The notes under the pieces: generated by a model
Told to the model about the DNA's origin: nothing
Databases searched by the model: none
The model's input: the letters and a program-made list of their open reading frames with translations, nothing else
DNA from: Callorhinchus milii
Lineage: Eukaryota
Length of the DNA stretch: 60,000 nt
Assembly (NCBI RefSeq): GCF_018977255.1
Contig: NW_024704742.1
Span: 137,456,001-137,516,000, forward strand
Direction: 5' to 3'
Made by a program: the position numbers and the translations under genes
In this document: positions 59,582 to 60,000 of the stretch, one piece after another
Numbering within the stretch: the first letter of the stretch is position 1
Layout: each line of letters starts with the position of its first letter

Positions 59582-59815
59582 TTGGCTTTGGGCTGGGCTG
59601 GGGTTCGGTTGGGCTGAGTTAGGGTTGGGTTGGGGTTAGGTGGGGCTGGGTTGGGTTGCGGTTAGGTGGGGCTGGGTTGGGTTGGGTTAGGTGGGGCTGG
59701 GTTGGGTTGCGGTTAGGTGGGGCTGGGTTGGGTTGCGGTTAGGTGGGGCTGGGTTGCGTTGGGGTTAGGTGGGGCTGGGTTGGGGTCAGGTTGTGTTGGG
59801 TTTGACTGGGTTGGG
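59582..59815. repeat. G-rich (GGGTT/GGGCT)n repeat with a ~26-bp higher-order unit
   Basis: gggttgggttgcggttaggtggggct repeated, in PSTPIP2 intron 1. Confidence 0.9.
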
Positions 59816-60000
59816 AGGAGCTGGAGGAAGAGCAAACACGGACAAGGAAACAGTGCCAACAGCCTCCTGGCGTGCAGGTGGGGTGGGATGGGACACGGCA
59901 CGAGGGAGTGCACAGAGAAAGGAATTGGCTCCTTCGTTCAGCCTAGACTCTCCGAGACTGAATTGTCTTCAACAATGTTGACGTTTGAAAATATTTGAAA

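Overview
Eukaryotic (vertebrate) genomic DNA, most likely from a cartilaginous fish (chimaera/shark-like). That assignment is inferred from the Deu-domain tRNA-SINE, L2 and CR1 repeat landscape, a shark-type ~60-bp repeat and retention of tspan36. The window holds three complete spliced genes and the first coding exon of a fourth, all assembled by hand with GT-AG junctions and consistent phases. HAUS1 is on the minus strand (9 exons, 275 aa, 888-12646), as is a TSPAN3-family tetraspanin best matching tspan36 (7 exons, 253 aa, 16451-31313). ATP5F1A is on the plus strand (12 exons, 555 aa, 36418-50378), followed by PSTPIP2 exon 1 (58457-58489). Almost all ORFs in the supplied track are repeat-derived artefacts. 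I see no prokaryote-style novel system. The most interesting signals are: a minisatellite built from an amplified HAUS1 5' splice site; a tandem YY1-motif array split by two retroposon insertions; a SINE subfamily series whose youngest copies carry the 3' hairpin loop of the co-occurring L2 LINE; several inverted repeat pairs bracketing exons or gene ends; a candidate alternative first exon of tspan36; a 20-copy double E-box array; and unusual substitutions in ATP5F1A.
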